Shown here piece by piece: positions 1 through 13,310 of a stretch of 64,000 nt of DNA. The notes beneath the pieces were generated by a model that did no database searches, was not told the DNA's origin, and was given only the letters and a program-made list of their open reading frames with translations. The stretch comes from Camelus dromedarius (lineage: Eukaryota): positions 34,660,001 through 34,724,000 of the forward strand of contig NC_087447.1 of NCBI RefSeq assembly GCF_036321535.1. Reading direction: 5' to 3'. Position numbers and translations under genes: made by a program. Each line of letters opens with the position of its first letter. The first letter of the stretch is position 1.

Positions 1-1489
1 CAAAATGGACTGAGGGCCTGGGTCTGGTTCTGCCACTCTGGGTGTGACAACTCTGGGCCTTGGTTTCCTTGTCTGCCCAACAATGACTCTGGATTTAAAG
101 ACCCAGGTATCAAAGGGGAAATCTACCCAGACCTCAGAAACTGGCTCTAGATAGCACTTCATAGAGCACATGAAGTAAAGAGCTGACCCCACTCATTGTT
201 GGAAGAGTCTAGCAGCTACTAAACTGCAGCTGTAAGAGTCTAGCTAGCTATCTGTGTAATATTTGGGAGGGATGGGATCGGGGAGGGGGTAGCAAAGAGC
301 TGCCATGTATCGAGTTCTCTCTGTACTCGACAGTCTCACTGCTCCCTTTTCCAAAGGTGGGGGGAAATATCCCTGAAGAGTGCTATTCTCCTCATTTTAT
401 AGATGAGAAGCCGATAATCAGAGAGGAGAAATGATTTGCATCTGGTCCCATTGGAAGGTCTGGATCCAGGATTTCATCTGGGATCAGTTTCCAGATCCAG
501 TTCTTCCCAGGACATCCCTCTGCCTCCCATCCACCACTGACGGCTCTGGCAGGCCCAATCCCAGGGACCTGAAGCCTTCCCTCCACTCAAATGCCTGGAT
601 TCTTGCCCGACTAGGGGCTCCTGGTTCCCCTCCTCTGCAAACTAGTCTCACAGAGAAAGCTGCAAAAGGACTGAGCAGGAAGAGGAGCCCTGGCTCCCCT
701 ACAAGTGATGGAGGCTGTCACAGCCCTCCCTCCTTCCATCCTCACGGAGGTTCAGATCTAAACGGGCTCCACAGAGGGTGCGTGGGGCGCAGCTGCTGCC
801 TCTCCACGAGGCCAGCCCCAGGCTCTTAGGAGGCATCCTGACATCATGCCCACGGGTAACCCGATCCCTGATGACTGCTCCCTCCTGCGCCTGTGGGGCC
901 CATCACTCCAGCACAGGGGCGAGGTCACCCCCCAGGGGAAGGGGCCAGGTGGGGCTCTTTTTAGTGGCTGCTGAAATAAGAGATAATTTTGGCTAGTGAC
1001 ATCTCCCACAGGACTTCCCCATTCCCAGAGCTCTTCCTAATTCTTCCTCTCTGGCTGCTTCTAGAATCAGACCTGCTTTCCCTTCACACTAAAAGAGCAA
1101 GGGTGGCTCTCCCTTTGGGCTTCTGTTCTGTGCTGTACTAGTTGGCCAAGAGCAGGAGTCTTAAAAGCACAAGGTCTGGCTGGGGTGTTTTTACTCTAGG
1201 AAAATAAACACTTGTGAATAAACCCTTTATTTAATCACTGACACATGGACTCTATAAAATGGGTCTAAGAACCAGCCAAACACTAAGTTTACTTAAATGT
1301 AATTCTGATAAAGCAGACAGAAGAGAAAGCACGATATTGGAAGCCTCCTTAAATCCCCTGGGTATTTATGGAGCACTTCTGTGACTTCAGCCCTAGGATC
1401 AACTCTGGAACACCAAACAGGAGACCCAGCCTCCACCCTCTAGCATCTTACACTCGAACTGGGGAACACAGCTCCTGTTAGTATCATGA

Positions 1490-1720
1490 TCACTGTTCCT
1501 GGTCGGCATTTACTGAATAGTTACTGTCTACTGGGTACCTGCTAAATACTCGTATGATCTCATTTGATCCTCCTAAGACAACCAGGATAGAGCAGCTATT
1601 GTTTGCCCCTTTCAACAAAGAAGGGAGCTGAGGCACAGAGAGGTGAAGGGACTACCTGAAAGTCACAGACTGGGGATTGTCATCAGTTGACTCTACAATT
1701 TGTGCTCTCAACCCATGTGG
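1490..1720 (-). mobile_element. MIR SINE
   Basis: Antisense MIR core: ...GCTGAGGCACAGAGAGGTGAAGGGACTACCTGAAAGTCACAG... Confidence 0.75.
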
Positions 1721-2726
1721 GATCCAATGAAATAATGTATCAGGTAGGAAATAAAGTGAGAAAGACAGTTGGAAAAAGTCATAGAAGAAAGAACAAGAGA
1801 GAAGAGACAGGGAAGGTTTCAAGTGGACAGAAACGGGAGATAAATCTTGAAGGGCTGTGAGGGCTGGCTGGTTAGAGACAAGGGGAGATTAAGGTGAAGC
1901 TGGACAGGGTCCATGAGGATAGCCAGTCCAGTCTGACATGGCCCAGGTGCATGTGACTGTCTCTACATCCTCACGTCCATATGCATGCAACTTGGGCTCT
2001 AAACACACCCAAAAAACCACCTCAGATGAGATCATCATTTGCCGTTCATCCTTTCCCAAAGAGGGAGAGATGCCCTCAAAAGGAAGCTCAGATGCCCTTA
2101 ACGATAAAATTTGGCCCAGAGACCTTTCCATGGAAGGTAGGAAAAAACAAAACTCAAAATACTGTGTGGGTAAACCTAGCTTCGCATAGTGAACAAATTC
2201 ATGAAAAGTAACAACCGATCACAATTTTCTAAAGTTCTCTAAGGAAAAGAACTCCATGAAGACATCTTCTGTAAAGCAAACTACTATTTTATATGACGGG
2301 TTAAACAGGTTGTTAACTCCTGCACCTTGCAAAACAAGATGCCTGTGTGCAAATGCTGGTGTTGTTGCTGTTATGGTGGCGTCTGCCTGTTCCAGATCAC
2401 TGTGCCGCCGGCAGTCTCACATTCTAATATGTGTTGACTGCCCACTGTGCTCTGGACGGCGGACGCTGTCAGGGACACAAAGAGGCCACAAGCTAATAGG
2501 AGCTGAAGACCCATTCTCACATAACTAGAATCAAAGTTGGAAGATGGACAAACAGGGCAACACTGGCTGCTTTCCGAAAACCAGCCAAGGAGGTTCAGTT
2601 GGCCCGAGGGGATGAAGTCTGGCCACACTTCTGAGAAATAAGTGGGCAGGCATCCCTCTGACAGGAATTGGGGTTCCCTTCGTGGGGAAGCAGTGATGGC
2701 GGAGTAGATAAAAGAACCAACTATGG

Positions 2727-3528
2727 TGTATATGATATCATGATATATTAGGAAATATATATTTAGTCTTTATCCCCAGTTCCTGACACAGAGTTTCTAA
2801 AACCCTTGGAATTTCCTAAGTGATAGGAGTGGCTGGTCTTTAGTTTTTCCTGAGTTTATGCTTATGAGATGACTCTTGATGGGGGCTTCAGGATGGGGGC
2901 TGGTTGCCAGAGGAACCAACTACAACTAGAGGATTGGAACTTTCAGCCCAGCTGACCTCACTACCCAACCTCCAGGGAGGGGAGAGGGGCTGGAGACTGA
3001 CTTACTCAAAAATGGCCAATGATCTAAACAATCAAGCCTGCGTACTGGAGCCTCCATAAAAAACCCTGAACTAAGGGGTTCAGGGAGGTTCAGAGTTGGT
3101 GAATACAGTGAGGTGCTGGGAGGGTGGCATGCTCACAGAGGACAGTGAAGCTCCATGCTTCTATCCACATACCTTGACCTGTGTGTCTCTTCCATTTGGT
3201 TCTTGCACCCTTTATAATAAACCAGTAATAGTAAGCAAACTCTTTTCCTAAGTTCTGTGAGCCATTCTAGAAAACTTCAAGGAGGTGGTGGTGGGAACCT
3301 GTGACTTACAGATGGTTGGTCAGAAGTACAGGTGGTCTGGGCTTGCAATTAGCACCTGAACTGGGGGCAGTCTTGTGGGACTGAGCCCTTAACTTGTGGG
3401 ATCTGACGCTAAACTCCAAATAGATAGTGTCAGAATTGATTGAACTGAATTGAATTAAAGGACACCCACCTGGTGTCGAAAAATTAGTCTGGGTGGAAAA
3501 AAATACAAACCACACATTTTGTGTCGGA
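2727..3528 (+). mobile_element. MER21-like LTR inserted in a MIR
   Basis: Starts TGTATATGATATCATGATATATTAGGAAATATATATTTAGTC...CTAAAACCCTTGGAATTTCC and ends ...ACCACACATTTTGTGTCGGAA, matching the recalled MER21 consensus. MIR sequence flanks both sides. Confidence 0.75.
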
Positions 3529-3554
3529 AACATTCTGCAAAAATCACTGCAGTA

Positions 3555-3760
3555 GAGCCTCAGACATATCTCGATTTGAGTTTTGGTTTCCTCATGTATT
3601 GGGCTGGGAAACCTTGGAGGAAACTGTTCAACCTGAGTTTTCTCATCTGTAAAATGGGGATAATACCCACATCACCAGATTGTTGTGAAGTTTACAGAAT
3701 GGTGTCTGGTATACAGAACATGCTCAAACATTAATTAATTGTTAAATAAATGAATAATAG
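3555..3760 (+). mobile_element. MIR SINE (3' part)
   Basis: TTCTCATCTGTAAAATGGGGATAATACC core. Confidence 0.8.
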
Positions 3761-3985
3761 CTAATACTTAGCACTTAATATGTGTAAGGTACTTGTCTAA
3801 GTGTAATTAAGTTGTTTAATGTTCAGCACAATATTTAGAAGGTAAATATTATTATTATCCCCATTTTACAGATTAGGAAACTGAGGCACAGAGACGATAA
3901 CTAAGGTGCTGAAGGTCACATGTCAAGGAACTGGCAGATTTCAGTTTTAAACCCAGGTCTGACTACTGAGCCCACGTTCTACCTG
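3760..3985 (-). mobile_element. MIR SINE, tail-to-tail with the preceding MIR
   Basis: CCCCATTTTACAGATTAGGAAACTGAGGCACAGAGA. Confidence 0.85.
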
Positions 3986-4080
3986 CTCTGACGCTTTGTG
4001 CAGGGCTTGGCACATGGTGAGTGTTCAGTGATTGCTTGATGTTGTTACTGTTGTTGTCATGTTGCTACTTATATACAGGG

Positions 4081-4330
4081 CAGTGTTCCCCAAACTGAGG
4101 TCTGTGTACCCCTGTTGGTATGTTATTGGAGGTAGTACCACAATAAACTTTTTTAAAAGTTCATATCCAGGATTTTATTTTAATGAGTATTAGAAAGAAA
4201 AATAAGTAGCACATCAAACCCAGGATTTCATTGATATTAGCCTTGTGATAAGCCTAATTTTATAAGTGACTCAATTTAAAAACAGATACGGAGTAATATT
4301 AAGGCAGAAATCAGGTTAGTGGTATATTAA
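4081..4330. mobile_element. hAT-Charlie DNA transposon relic
   Basis: TIR-like CAGTGTTCCCCAAACT followed by an AT-rich body. Confidence 0.4.
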
Positions 4331-4349
4331 CATCTGATAATGGTATCTG

Positions 4350-4500
4350 ATGAAAAAGGGCACAGGCTTCGGAGTCACGCAGAGCTGGCTTCAAGACCCA
4401 GGTCTACTGCTTCCAGTTGCTGGAACCATGGGAAAGTTACTAACTTCTCTGAACCTTTATTTCTCCATCTGTAAAGTGGGAACAATAGCACTGCCTAAGA
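4350..4500 (+). mobile_element. MIR SINE
   Basis: AAGTTACTAACTTCTCTGAACCTTTATTTCTCCATCTGTAAAGTGGG. Confidence 0.75.
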
Positions 4501-5389
4501 TGATAGGGTACTAACATCCCTGCACCAGGGGACCTCAGCAGTCCCCAGTCCATCCCCACCCTCCAGGCTGCCCCCACTCCCCCATCTGTACTGCCCTCAT
4601 TCATGTCTTTCTCCAGCTCCTCTACCTCATCCCCCCTAATCTAGCTGAGATCCACATCTCTGGGCATGATTGCGGGGCCCAGAGATTCTCCTCACAATCC
4701 AACTCTAGCATGCAAATTCCTTCTGCCTCCTCAGTTGTATTTATAATAAGATTTGGAGACTCCATAGGAATCCAAATAGGAAGATACTCCAGGGACATGG
4801 GCAGAAATTAGATTTTTTTCAGTTACCATAGGCAAAGGGCTTCATGTTGTTCTAATCATGCAAACTGCTTATTTGCCGTGTCCCCCTTTGCTGTCCTAGC
4901 TGGGCTGTGCCAGTGATTGATGGCCACAAGAGAAGAGAGCGCACACATCCAGGGCTCCTGTTTCCGAGCACTCTTGATCTCAATTGGCAGAGCGAGTTGG
5001 CTCCCTGGGCTTGGCGCAACGGTCTCTGGATGATGGAAGGCAGCCAGGGACAAAGACGCTTTACAGCTGGGAACTTTGCCCAGCCTTCCAACCAGAAGAT
5101 TCCCCCCCTAAAGTTAGCCACATGCCAAATACTAGCAAAAGGCCATACCAAGGAGTCAAAAAACCTCACACCAGTCCAGTAGGAGCTGAGGCCCAAGGAA
5201 AAGACAGGACACCCAGTTGTAGCTGTCAGGTAATGAACTGAAATTGTAACCCAAGTCCTCTCAAGAATGTGACTTCTCCACGCACTTCTGCAGACAATGG
5301 ATGGTGGTCCCAAAGTAGATCCACTAACACTTCAATTACAAAGTGCAACTTCTCATGGCTTAGCATGAGCTCAGAGGCAGGTAAAAGAA

Positions 5390-5630
5390 AGTTCACTTTT
5401 GATCAGCACCAGTGCAATACACCAGGTGCAGAGCTAGTTACTTCACATACATTGTCTCTTTTAATATAATCCTACAAGGTAGAAACTATTAGTATCCACG
5501 TTTTATAGATGAGGAAGTGGAACTCAGAGACATTAAGAAACTTCTCTCAAAATCAAAAGAACACCATACATTCTGAGGCAGAGATTCAAACCCAGTTTGT
5601 TCGAATTGCCAAAGTTCTTTCCACCTTACC
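5390..5630 (-). mobile_element. MIR SINE
   Basis: TTTTATAGATGAGGAAGTGGAACTCAGAGA...GATTCAAACCCAG. Confidence 0.7.
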
Positions 5631-5939
5631 ATTTGGCTTCCTGTTTTCCGTTGTTGAAAGCTCCGTCTCCCCTGGTATATTCCAATTGTCAATTTGTGGA
5701 ACCTCAGAAGATCTTTGTTTCAATATTCATTTAATGCCTGCTTGCTCCACTGGATGGTGAGTCTTGTGAAGGCAGGGACAATCCAGTGAGAAAGACAAAC
5801 ATTCAACAGATGATTTCATCCTTCCCTTGACCATCCACCCCAGAAAGTGTCTCCCCACTTCTATATCCTTTTCCCATCAAATTCTACCTAAAAGAATAGA
5901 GATGTCAATCACCGCCTGCCCATGCATGCCTCCTCCTGG

Positions 5940-6475
5940 AGTAATCTACCCTCAACCATGTACCATGTCACCCACCCCCACCGTGGCCATAGTTGATTGG
6001 CCCAGGAACACACCCATAACTCATGAGTGGCCAATCCAGAGGCTGATCTACCTCTCTGGATTTGCATCTGAGCTGGACAAGATAAGAGGAGCCAATCAGA
6101 GCATCTCATGACCCTGAACTAAGAAACACAAAGGGAAGTTCTCAGAGGGCAGTGATATTGAAAGAGATGGGGGTGATGGTTGGTGAAAGTGATGAGCGTC
6201 AGCCTTGAAGTTAAAAGAGAAAGAAACTATGAGGAGCAGTGGAGGAAGTATGCTGGGAAGAAGAGAAAGGAAGAGATGTACGGAGAGAGGCAGAGAAGGG
6301 ACACAACAGCCAAGGAGGAACAAACAGCATCCAGAACCTGGAGTTGCCTTATTCCAGCCCTTCCTGAAGCCTGCTTCTCAATGTTTCTCTGGTTTCCTAA
6401 GTGCATGTGTCCTTTCCATTGACAACGAACTCCTTTTTTACTTAAGGGAACTTAGGTGAAACTCTTTGCAATTAA
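5940..6475 (+). mobile_element. Ancient ERVL LTR (LTR16-like)
   Basis: GGCCATAGTTGATTGG...GGCCAATC...AGCCAATCAGA, a GA-rich middle, and ATTCCAGCCCTTCCTGAAGCC near the 3' end. Confidence 0.55.
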
Positions 6476-6550
6476 AAAAATTTTTTTTTCCTTCAACCCA
6501 TTTCTGCAGAGCGCTGATTCTGGTGCTGATGGAGGTGGTCACTGGTTGAT

Positions 6551-6718
6551 AGTAATTTTCAAACTTCAATCTATGTTAGAATCACTGGAATGCATAATTT
6601 TAAATGCAGGTTTATGGGCCCTAACCCCAGATATTCTAAGTTGGTGGGTCTGGACCAGACCTGTTTTTTCAGGTAATTCTGAGGCAAGTGCTCTAGAACT
6701 CAAATTTGAAAAACTCTG
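6551..6718. mobile_element. MER5-type hAT MITE
   Basis: TTTTCAAACTT...TTAGAATCAC...AATGCAG...TTTGAAAAACTCTG. Confidence 0.65.
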
Positions 6719-6811
6719 CATCAATTTTTTTTTTTTGGTAAATTGTCTTATGAAGTAAATATCACACATGATAAAACTGCTTTGCCCAGTAAAAGTCTAT
6801 ATGATTCCAGG

Positions 6812-7165
6812 ATGTATTAGTCAGCTTTTGCTGCATAACAAACAAACCAAAATTTCGGGCACATACAAAACTAAGCATTTACTTCTCAAATGTACATCTC
6901 AGCTTTAGGTCTGTTCTGTGAGGCCTGGGATAGAACAGCAGCAGCTGGCTGAGATATGTTCTGGTCACTGAAGAAATCAGGAATTCCCAGAAGGGCAAGC
7001 AGAAACTATGTTTCTTATGACCCAGGCTTGGAACTGGCACATTGAACTTCTCTCCACATTTCAAGTAGGCCACTGGCCACATCCAACATCAGTAGAGTAG
7101 GAAACTACCTTCCTCTCACAAGAGTGTGGGCAGTGGGAGAAAGGACCATAATAATCTCAACTACA
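6812..7165 (-). mobile_element. MaLR LTR (old MLT1 family)
   Basis: Starts TGTATTAGTCAGCTTTTGCTGCATAACAAACAAACCAAAATTT, the reverse complement of an MLT1 3' end. Confidence 0.65.
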
Positions 7166-10100
7166 GCAAGGGTCAGGCAGCCTCATGGTGGTACCTTTGA
7201 TTCAGGGTGGTCACTGGGTAGTACTAAGGATCACACCATCCTAATCGACACTCAAAGGACCAATCTTAATCAGCACCTTTCCGCACAGAGCTGTTTCTCT
7301 TGAATGCCAGGAACCAACTGAAAGAGTAACACCATAAACCTAGCACCACATGCCTTCTCTTCTGGATAAGAAGTGCCCAGGTGAACTCAAACACTTTTCA
7401 TCAATGTCTCCATAATTTGTCTCCATTTCAGAACATTTCACAGGCTTCAAAAAGATACTTTCTGTCTTCTTGCTTCTCTTACTTGCTCTAATAATTTCTA
7501 CCATTGTACTACAACATGTAAGGGCATAGTTTGCACTGATTTATCAATGGAGTAACCTTCCAGATTACCCATCACCACAAAACAATGGAAACTCAAAGGA
7601 AAAAGGCATAGCTCTGCCAGTGGGGGTCAGAAATAATGGATTCACAATTTAAAAATGGGTCTTCAAAGTTAAGAAACCCCACATACACAAAGATGTACAA
7701 ATGCAGAACATTCAGCTTTAAGCAGTCTTTCCAGACACCGTTTCTTCCATCACAAAAGCAAGGACAATTAAAACCTTCTCCTTTCTAAGATGCTACTGCT
7801 CTATGTTACCAAGAGTCTAGCTCAGAAAGTCAGAGGACAAACCTGTGTCTGTCAGATTCTTTCATCACCCGGCTCTGCCCATTAAGAATGTTGATGCTCA
7901 TTCATTCATTCAACAAGTATGTACTGATCATCTACTATGTGCCAAACAAGGTAGGATGTATTAGGAAAATAGAGATCAACATGAAACTGAATGATTACTG
8001 AAGAGAGACTTCCAGCAATTGATTACACGCAGGTTTAAACAAGTGAGAGGCACAAGATGTAAAAGCTACAATTCTTTGTTCTACTTTTTAGTTTTCATGA
8101 AGATTTTCCCATGTTGTTAAGGATTTTTGCTTATTGCATTTTTAATGATACCAGTGAAAAAAGAGAGAAATATTTTCAATTTAGAACCATGCACTCAAGG
8201 AAGCCTCTAGTGGACAATCCACCCTTGGTGGTGGTGGCGGGGGGAGAGTTGCTGAAGGAACCTCACTCATCTACCTAAGAAGCTAACAAAAATCTAGACT
8301 GTGAATGTAAAGGCACCACATTCCCACGTGCCCCGATTGGCACCTCTGTGACAGCTTCACAAGAGACCAAGGATGTAGGATCCTGCTAGCTGTAATCAAG
8401 GTGTTGATGCTTGTCCTTCAAGTCCCAACGTGAACCCTAGAGGTTCAAGGGAGCGTGGATGCAGGAAACTGACAAGGCTTTGAGTAACCTTGTCTGTACT
8501 TCCTTGGCTTAGTTAAGGGAGAAGTCCACACATGCCCCTAAGTGTATTTCTCCACCTTCCTCTCCGACACATACAGTTACACAACTCTGGCTCCTTCCCC
8601 AAATGACCCCTGGTTCCCACATCAGGAACCACTCTGATCCAGCTCCATTAGCTACTGGACCCAATCCCAACCCTTGCCTCTGCTTCCTCAAATGAACTGG
8701 GAATGCAGATGCAAGACTTCAGATGTCCCCTCTTCTCGGAAGAGGCTGCATTATAAAAACATCCACTCCTGCTCTGCCAGCCACGTCTCCTCTCATGTCT
8801 CTCCCCAACCCCCACACTCCTCTCTTTCTAATTATCCCAAAGAGAAGGAAGATGAAAAATTAATGCCCTGAGGATGAGAGTCAGAGATGTCATTATTTTG
8901 ATTCAAACTGCAGGCATGGAAGAATCTGACCTAAGCTTTAGGAGCAAAGTAACCTAGGACAAGATTAGGAAAATCTTGATTAATTGGAACTCACCTCTAG
9001 GTCACCAGAATTTTTTTCCTTGGTGCTGAGATTTTAGGGGATGCCACAAAGTGCCAAAAATGAAAGTCATAAAACATACTCAAGCAAAATGCAACTTGTG
9101 GGGTTTGGGGTGAGGGTGTTGGAGTCACACAAAAGGTTTAGTTAGCTTAATCCTTACACCCCCGAGTCCTATAAATTGTAAATTAATGTGAAGGACGATG
9201 AGGTCAAGGAAGTTCCTACAGGATTTTGACACAAAGGAAGACTTGGTTGTTTGCATCAACAGCACTTCTAAAGCAGGAAAGCAGACTTTCTTTGAGGAAG
9301 ATGTGCAGTAACAAAAGTTTAGAAGTAATTGTACATGATATTCAGTTAACTGGAAAAGTAAACTCAAATAAACTAAAAATCATCACACATCTCCCCCACT
9401 CTCAATTTTATTCCCCAAATATGCCACTTAGAGGGTTTTGCTAAACAAGGAAAGGCAAACAGGGTAAGCATTATAATAGATATCATTTAATACTTCATTG
9501 TGTGCTAAGTCCCATGTTAAATCCTTCCACTGCATTATACCTCATAATCCTCACCAAAGATTTTATTATTATCATCCTAATTTTCAAGATGAAGCAGAGC
9601 CTAGAAAGGATAAATGAACAATCCATGTACTAAAGCCCCAAAGTTATGTTCTTAACAATTTTACCTAGTTTAAGAAAGGAATGAATGGTGAAACAGTACA
9701 GGCCAACAGGAGAAGTTCAAGTTCTCTAAAGAATTCTCTAAAGAAATCAGGTAAGTAAAAGGCTTGAACAAATATGCCAGCCCTACACTGGATACCTACA
9801 TAGGATGCCAGCTGGAGAGTTGGCACTGCTTACTCCCTCTAATCTCAGTCCTCCTTTGTGCTGAGGACTCAGTAATTTGGTTCCTGGAAGCCAGCTGGGA
9901 CAGAGCTGGAAAGCCAAAGTCAATCCATTTTACTTATTTCAGAGCTATCCTCATGCAATTTATGTGTATCTTGCAAATAAATGGGGAGAGGCCATCTGTG
10001 AGGTGCCTGAATTATTGTTCAACTTCTATAAATAAAAAATAACCCAACTTTTTTTCCAGTATCTTTAAAGTCGGGTCCAAGAAATGCCAAGATTTCTTTC

Positions 10101-10959
10101 CCATTGAAAGTTAAACTAAAATAACAAAACATCAGCATTTGTCTCTGCTGACTGAGGAAGGCAGTTTTATTCCCTAGTAAGTGACCTAGACTGCAGGAGA
10201 AGAGGACGAGACATCTTCACCCTCACCCAGTTGTTCACACATTGTGTGACGTTGGGCAGGTCACTTCACCTGTCCCTGCCTCATTCACTTCATCTACCAA
10301 GTGGAGACAGTGTTAACTGCTCTATTATGACCAGTGTAGGAGATCACAGGGCATCCAGGGTATGTTAGACAGTCATGACCCAATGCACCACTGGGCTGTT
10401 AGACACCATTCTACCAGACACGGTGGGGAGGCTCTGAGCTTGGAGACTCCTGGGATTCATGCCACCTGGGACATGAGTCCACCATATCCAGCTGCTGGCC
10501 AGTTTCTATTCCTCATATTCTATTCCTTGTCTCTGTGCCCATTTCCACCTTCCCTTTGTCTTAGCCCTGGAATAGCATCACCAAATACATCACTACTGTG
10601 GTCTCCTAACTGGTCTCTCTGATTCCAGGCTCCCTCACCTGCACTGCCCCCCTCATCTCTTCCTATCCACCTCAATTTATTCCAGAATCTTCCCAACCAC
10701 GATTTCCAGGTAATTCTCCAATTCTGATGGCTCCAGCAGTTTCTCAATACCTAACAGGACAAAATCCCAACTGTTCCCATGGGCTGTCCAATTTCTCCAT
10801 TCTCTGTTCTCATCCTTTTCAGGCATGTATTTTCTCAACAAATATTTGCTAAACACCTACCAGGCATCAGGCAGGGGGTTGGATGCTGGGGAACTGACCT
10901 TGTGTCTGCTCTCTGGGAGCTTACAGTCTAGGTTGTTGTAGGTAAAAGGTCTTAAGCCA

Positions 10960-10962
<3 letters not shown>

Positions 10963-11008
<46 letters not shown>
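10963..11008. repeat. (CT)23 microsatellite
   Basis: Direct reading. Confidence 0.95.
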
Positions 11009-11011
<3 letters not shown>

Positions 11012-11013
11012 AC

Positions 11014-11391
11014 TGTATTAATCTGCCAGGGCCATCATAGCAAAATATCATGGACTGGGCGGCTTAAACAACAAACATTTATTTTCTCACAGTTCTGAAG
11101 GCTTGAAGTCTAAGATCAAGGTGTCAGCAGATACGGTTTCTCCTGAGGCTCCTCTCAGGCCGCCTTCTGGCTATGTCCTCATATGGCCTTTCTTCTGTGC
11201 ACACACATCCCTGGTGTCTCCTCCTCTTCTAAGTACACCAGTCCTATCAGATTAGAGTCCCACCCTTATGACCTCATTTAACCTTAATTATCTCCTTGAT
11301 AATGGGCCTGACTCTAAACACAGTCACATTCTGATATACATGGGGGTTTAGGGCTTTAACATGTGAACTGGGGGCAGGGGACACAATTAAG
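11014..11391 (-). mobile_element. MaLR LTR (MLT1A-like)
   Basis: TGTATTAATCTG...GGCTTAAACAACAAACATTTATTTTCTCACAGTTCTG...TCTAAGATCAAGGTGTCAGCAG. GCCAC flanks both ends (11009-11013, 11392-11396), a probable 5-bp TSD. Confidence 0.85.
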
Positions 11392-12980
11392 GCCACCCTG
11401 TGAGATGCTATGGCTGGCTAGCATACAGTAGGGACTCAATAAACAAAATTGGAATGAATGAATGAATAAATGGGACTGATCTTGTGCTATCTCACAGTCT
11501 CTGCATTGAAATGGAAGCAGAGCATTGGCCTGGCCCCCTTGCTATCCTCTCTCCCACTCTACCTGAACAGGGCCCCAAAACTGACTGAATTGAGTTGCAT
11601 CTGGTACAGTCTCTTTCCATTCTTTAATGACATGTGAAATGTGCTGTAGAATTCCTCAGTGTCCATCCACTGAGCATCTGGCTAATACCCGCTCCAGTCG
11701 TGCCAGGAAGACAGGTGAATCATCCAGGCAGGGAGCTGTCAGGAGGCAGATCAACCTGTAACTGTGGCTACCTTTGGCTACAAAGGGGCAGTAATGCACA
11801 TGAGCGCAGGTGGAAGAGCAGGCATCTCAGCTCATCTGGAAAGAGTTCAGGGAGCTGGGGTTGGAGCTACATCTTTCCCTGACATGTGAGCATCCATCCT
11901 TCCAGAGCTTAACCACACTGTCAGCATCTCAGAGCTCAGATCACTAAGAGGAGAATTCCTCTAAAGAAGCTCAGCCTCACCACAGCCAGGTAACTCTGAT
12001 TTGAGGAATGAGATGGACATAGTTCCCAGATGAATAAACAACTGTAAGATGTCACAAAAGCCAATCCCGCCAAGGAGGATGTATGCACAAAAGTGTGCAT
12101 ATATGTTTATGTGTATCCATGAAGATACAGGTGCACAACTAAAAGGAAGTTGGAAAAAAACTATTTTTAGAGCAAAATCCAGTTGAAAAAGTTCAGAGAT
12201 ATAATCCTAAGGTGAGGTGAAATTACAACGAGGTGCTGGAGTCTAGCAAAGAAAATAAGTTGTGGAATCTTGGAGAAATCCCTTAATCACAGCTTTTGTA
12301 TCTGTAGAATAGGTTAATAATACCTACATCAAGGGCTCGGGGGAGATATAAATGAGATAAAATGAATGCCTAGTATACTCTCCGGCACATGGCAGCTGTT
12401 CAGTATGTTGGTTACTTTCCCAATCCTTGGCCTATTTCCTAACCCCTCTGAAGGATTCACTAATTTTAGTCATGTGTGCTTAGAAAAATTACCTTAAAAT
12501 ATGTGTGTCTTGTTTTCCTTCTTTGTCCTAAAAGAAATAACTATTTTTCTTTCACTGATGCAAACCAAGTGAAAGAGCACTTTGGCCGTGAGAAGCATCA
12601 GAAGGTGTCATAGCCTCAAGGTGCTCCATCCAAAGGGCCGAAAGACCTCTCCAGCCACCAAGGTACCAAAACTTGGCAACATTTTAGATTCATTCCTCTC
12701 TGTCAGTCTAAGGACTAGCCTAGTCACTAACCCAAATTCTTTGCTCCATTCTTCAAAATATCGCTTCAATATGCCCCTTCTTTCTACTTCACTCAACCAG
12801 ATCCAATCCAGCCTCCCTAATAAAATGTATTCAATCACTGCAGAGAACCCCTAACCATCTCCTTGAACCCTGTATCTCTCTCCTTGCGCTGAGTGGACAA
12901 CATATTACACCAGTCATTTTGCAAGATCAGATTCAGCTGCAGGACCACAGACAGAGAGGGATCTCAAAGCAACAATTAAC

Positions 12981-13310
12981 ATTCATTCATTCATTCAACT
13001 AATATTTACCAGTGCCTACTGTGTCAGGGAATGAGGAGAGGGACAAGACCAGCTCCTTCAATGAGCCAGCACTCTGATACAGGTGTGACATGTGGGAAAA
13101 CATTTGGGCCATGAGGAGAATGCAGTGACCTGCTACCCCAGCTGCACTGGAACAAGGTATTAGAACAGGAGGAGGATGCCTTCTTCATGGAGGATGGGTG
13201 AGGGGTCTTGAGGTGAATACACGGACATGATGCAGAAACAAAGACCCAAATGCGAGGGGGAATGTGAGGGTTGTTCATGGAACAGAAATCAGAGTTTGGC
13301 GAGAAGAGAA
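12981..13310 (-). mobile_element. L2 LINE 3' fragment
   Basis: ATTCATTCATTCATTCAACTAATATTTACCAGTGCCTACTGTGTCAGG, an antisense L2 tail. Confidence 0.7.
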
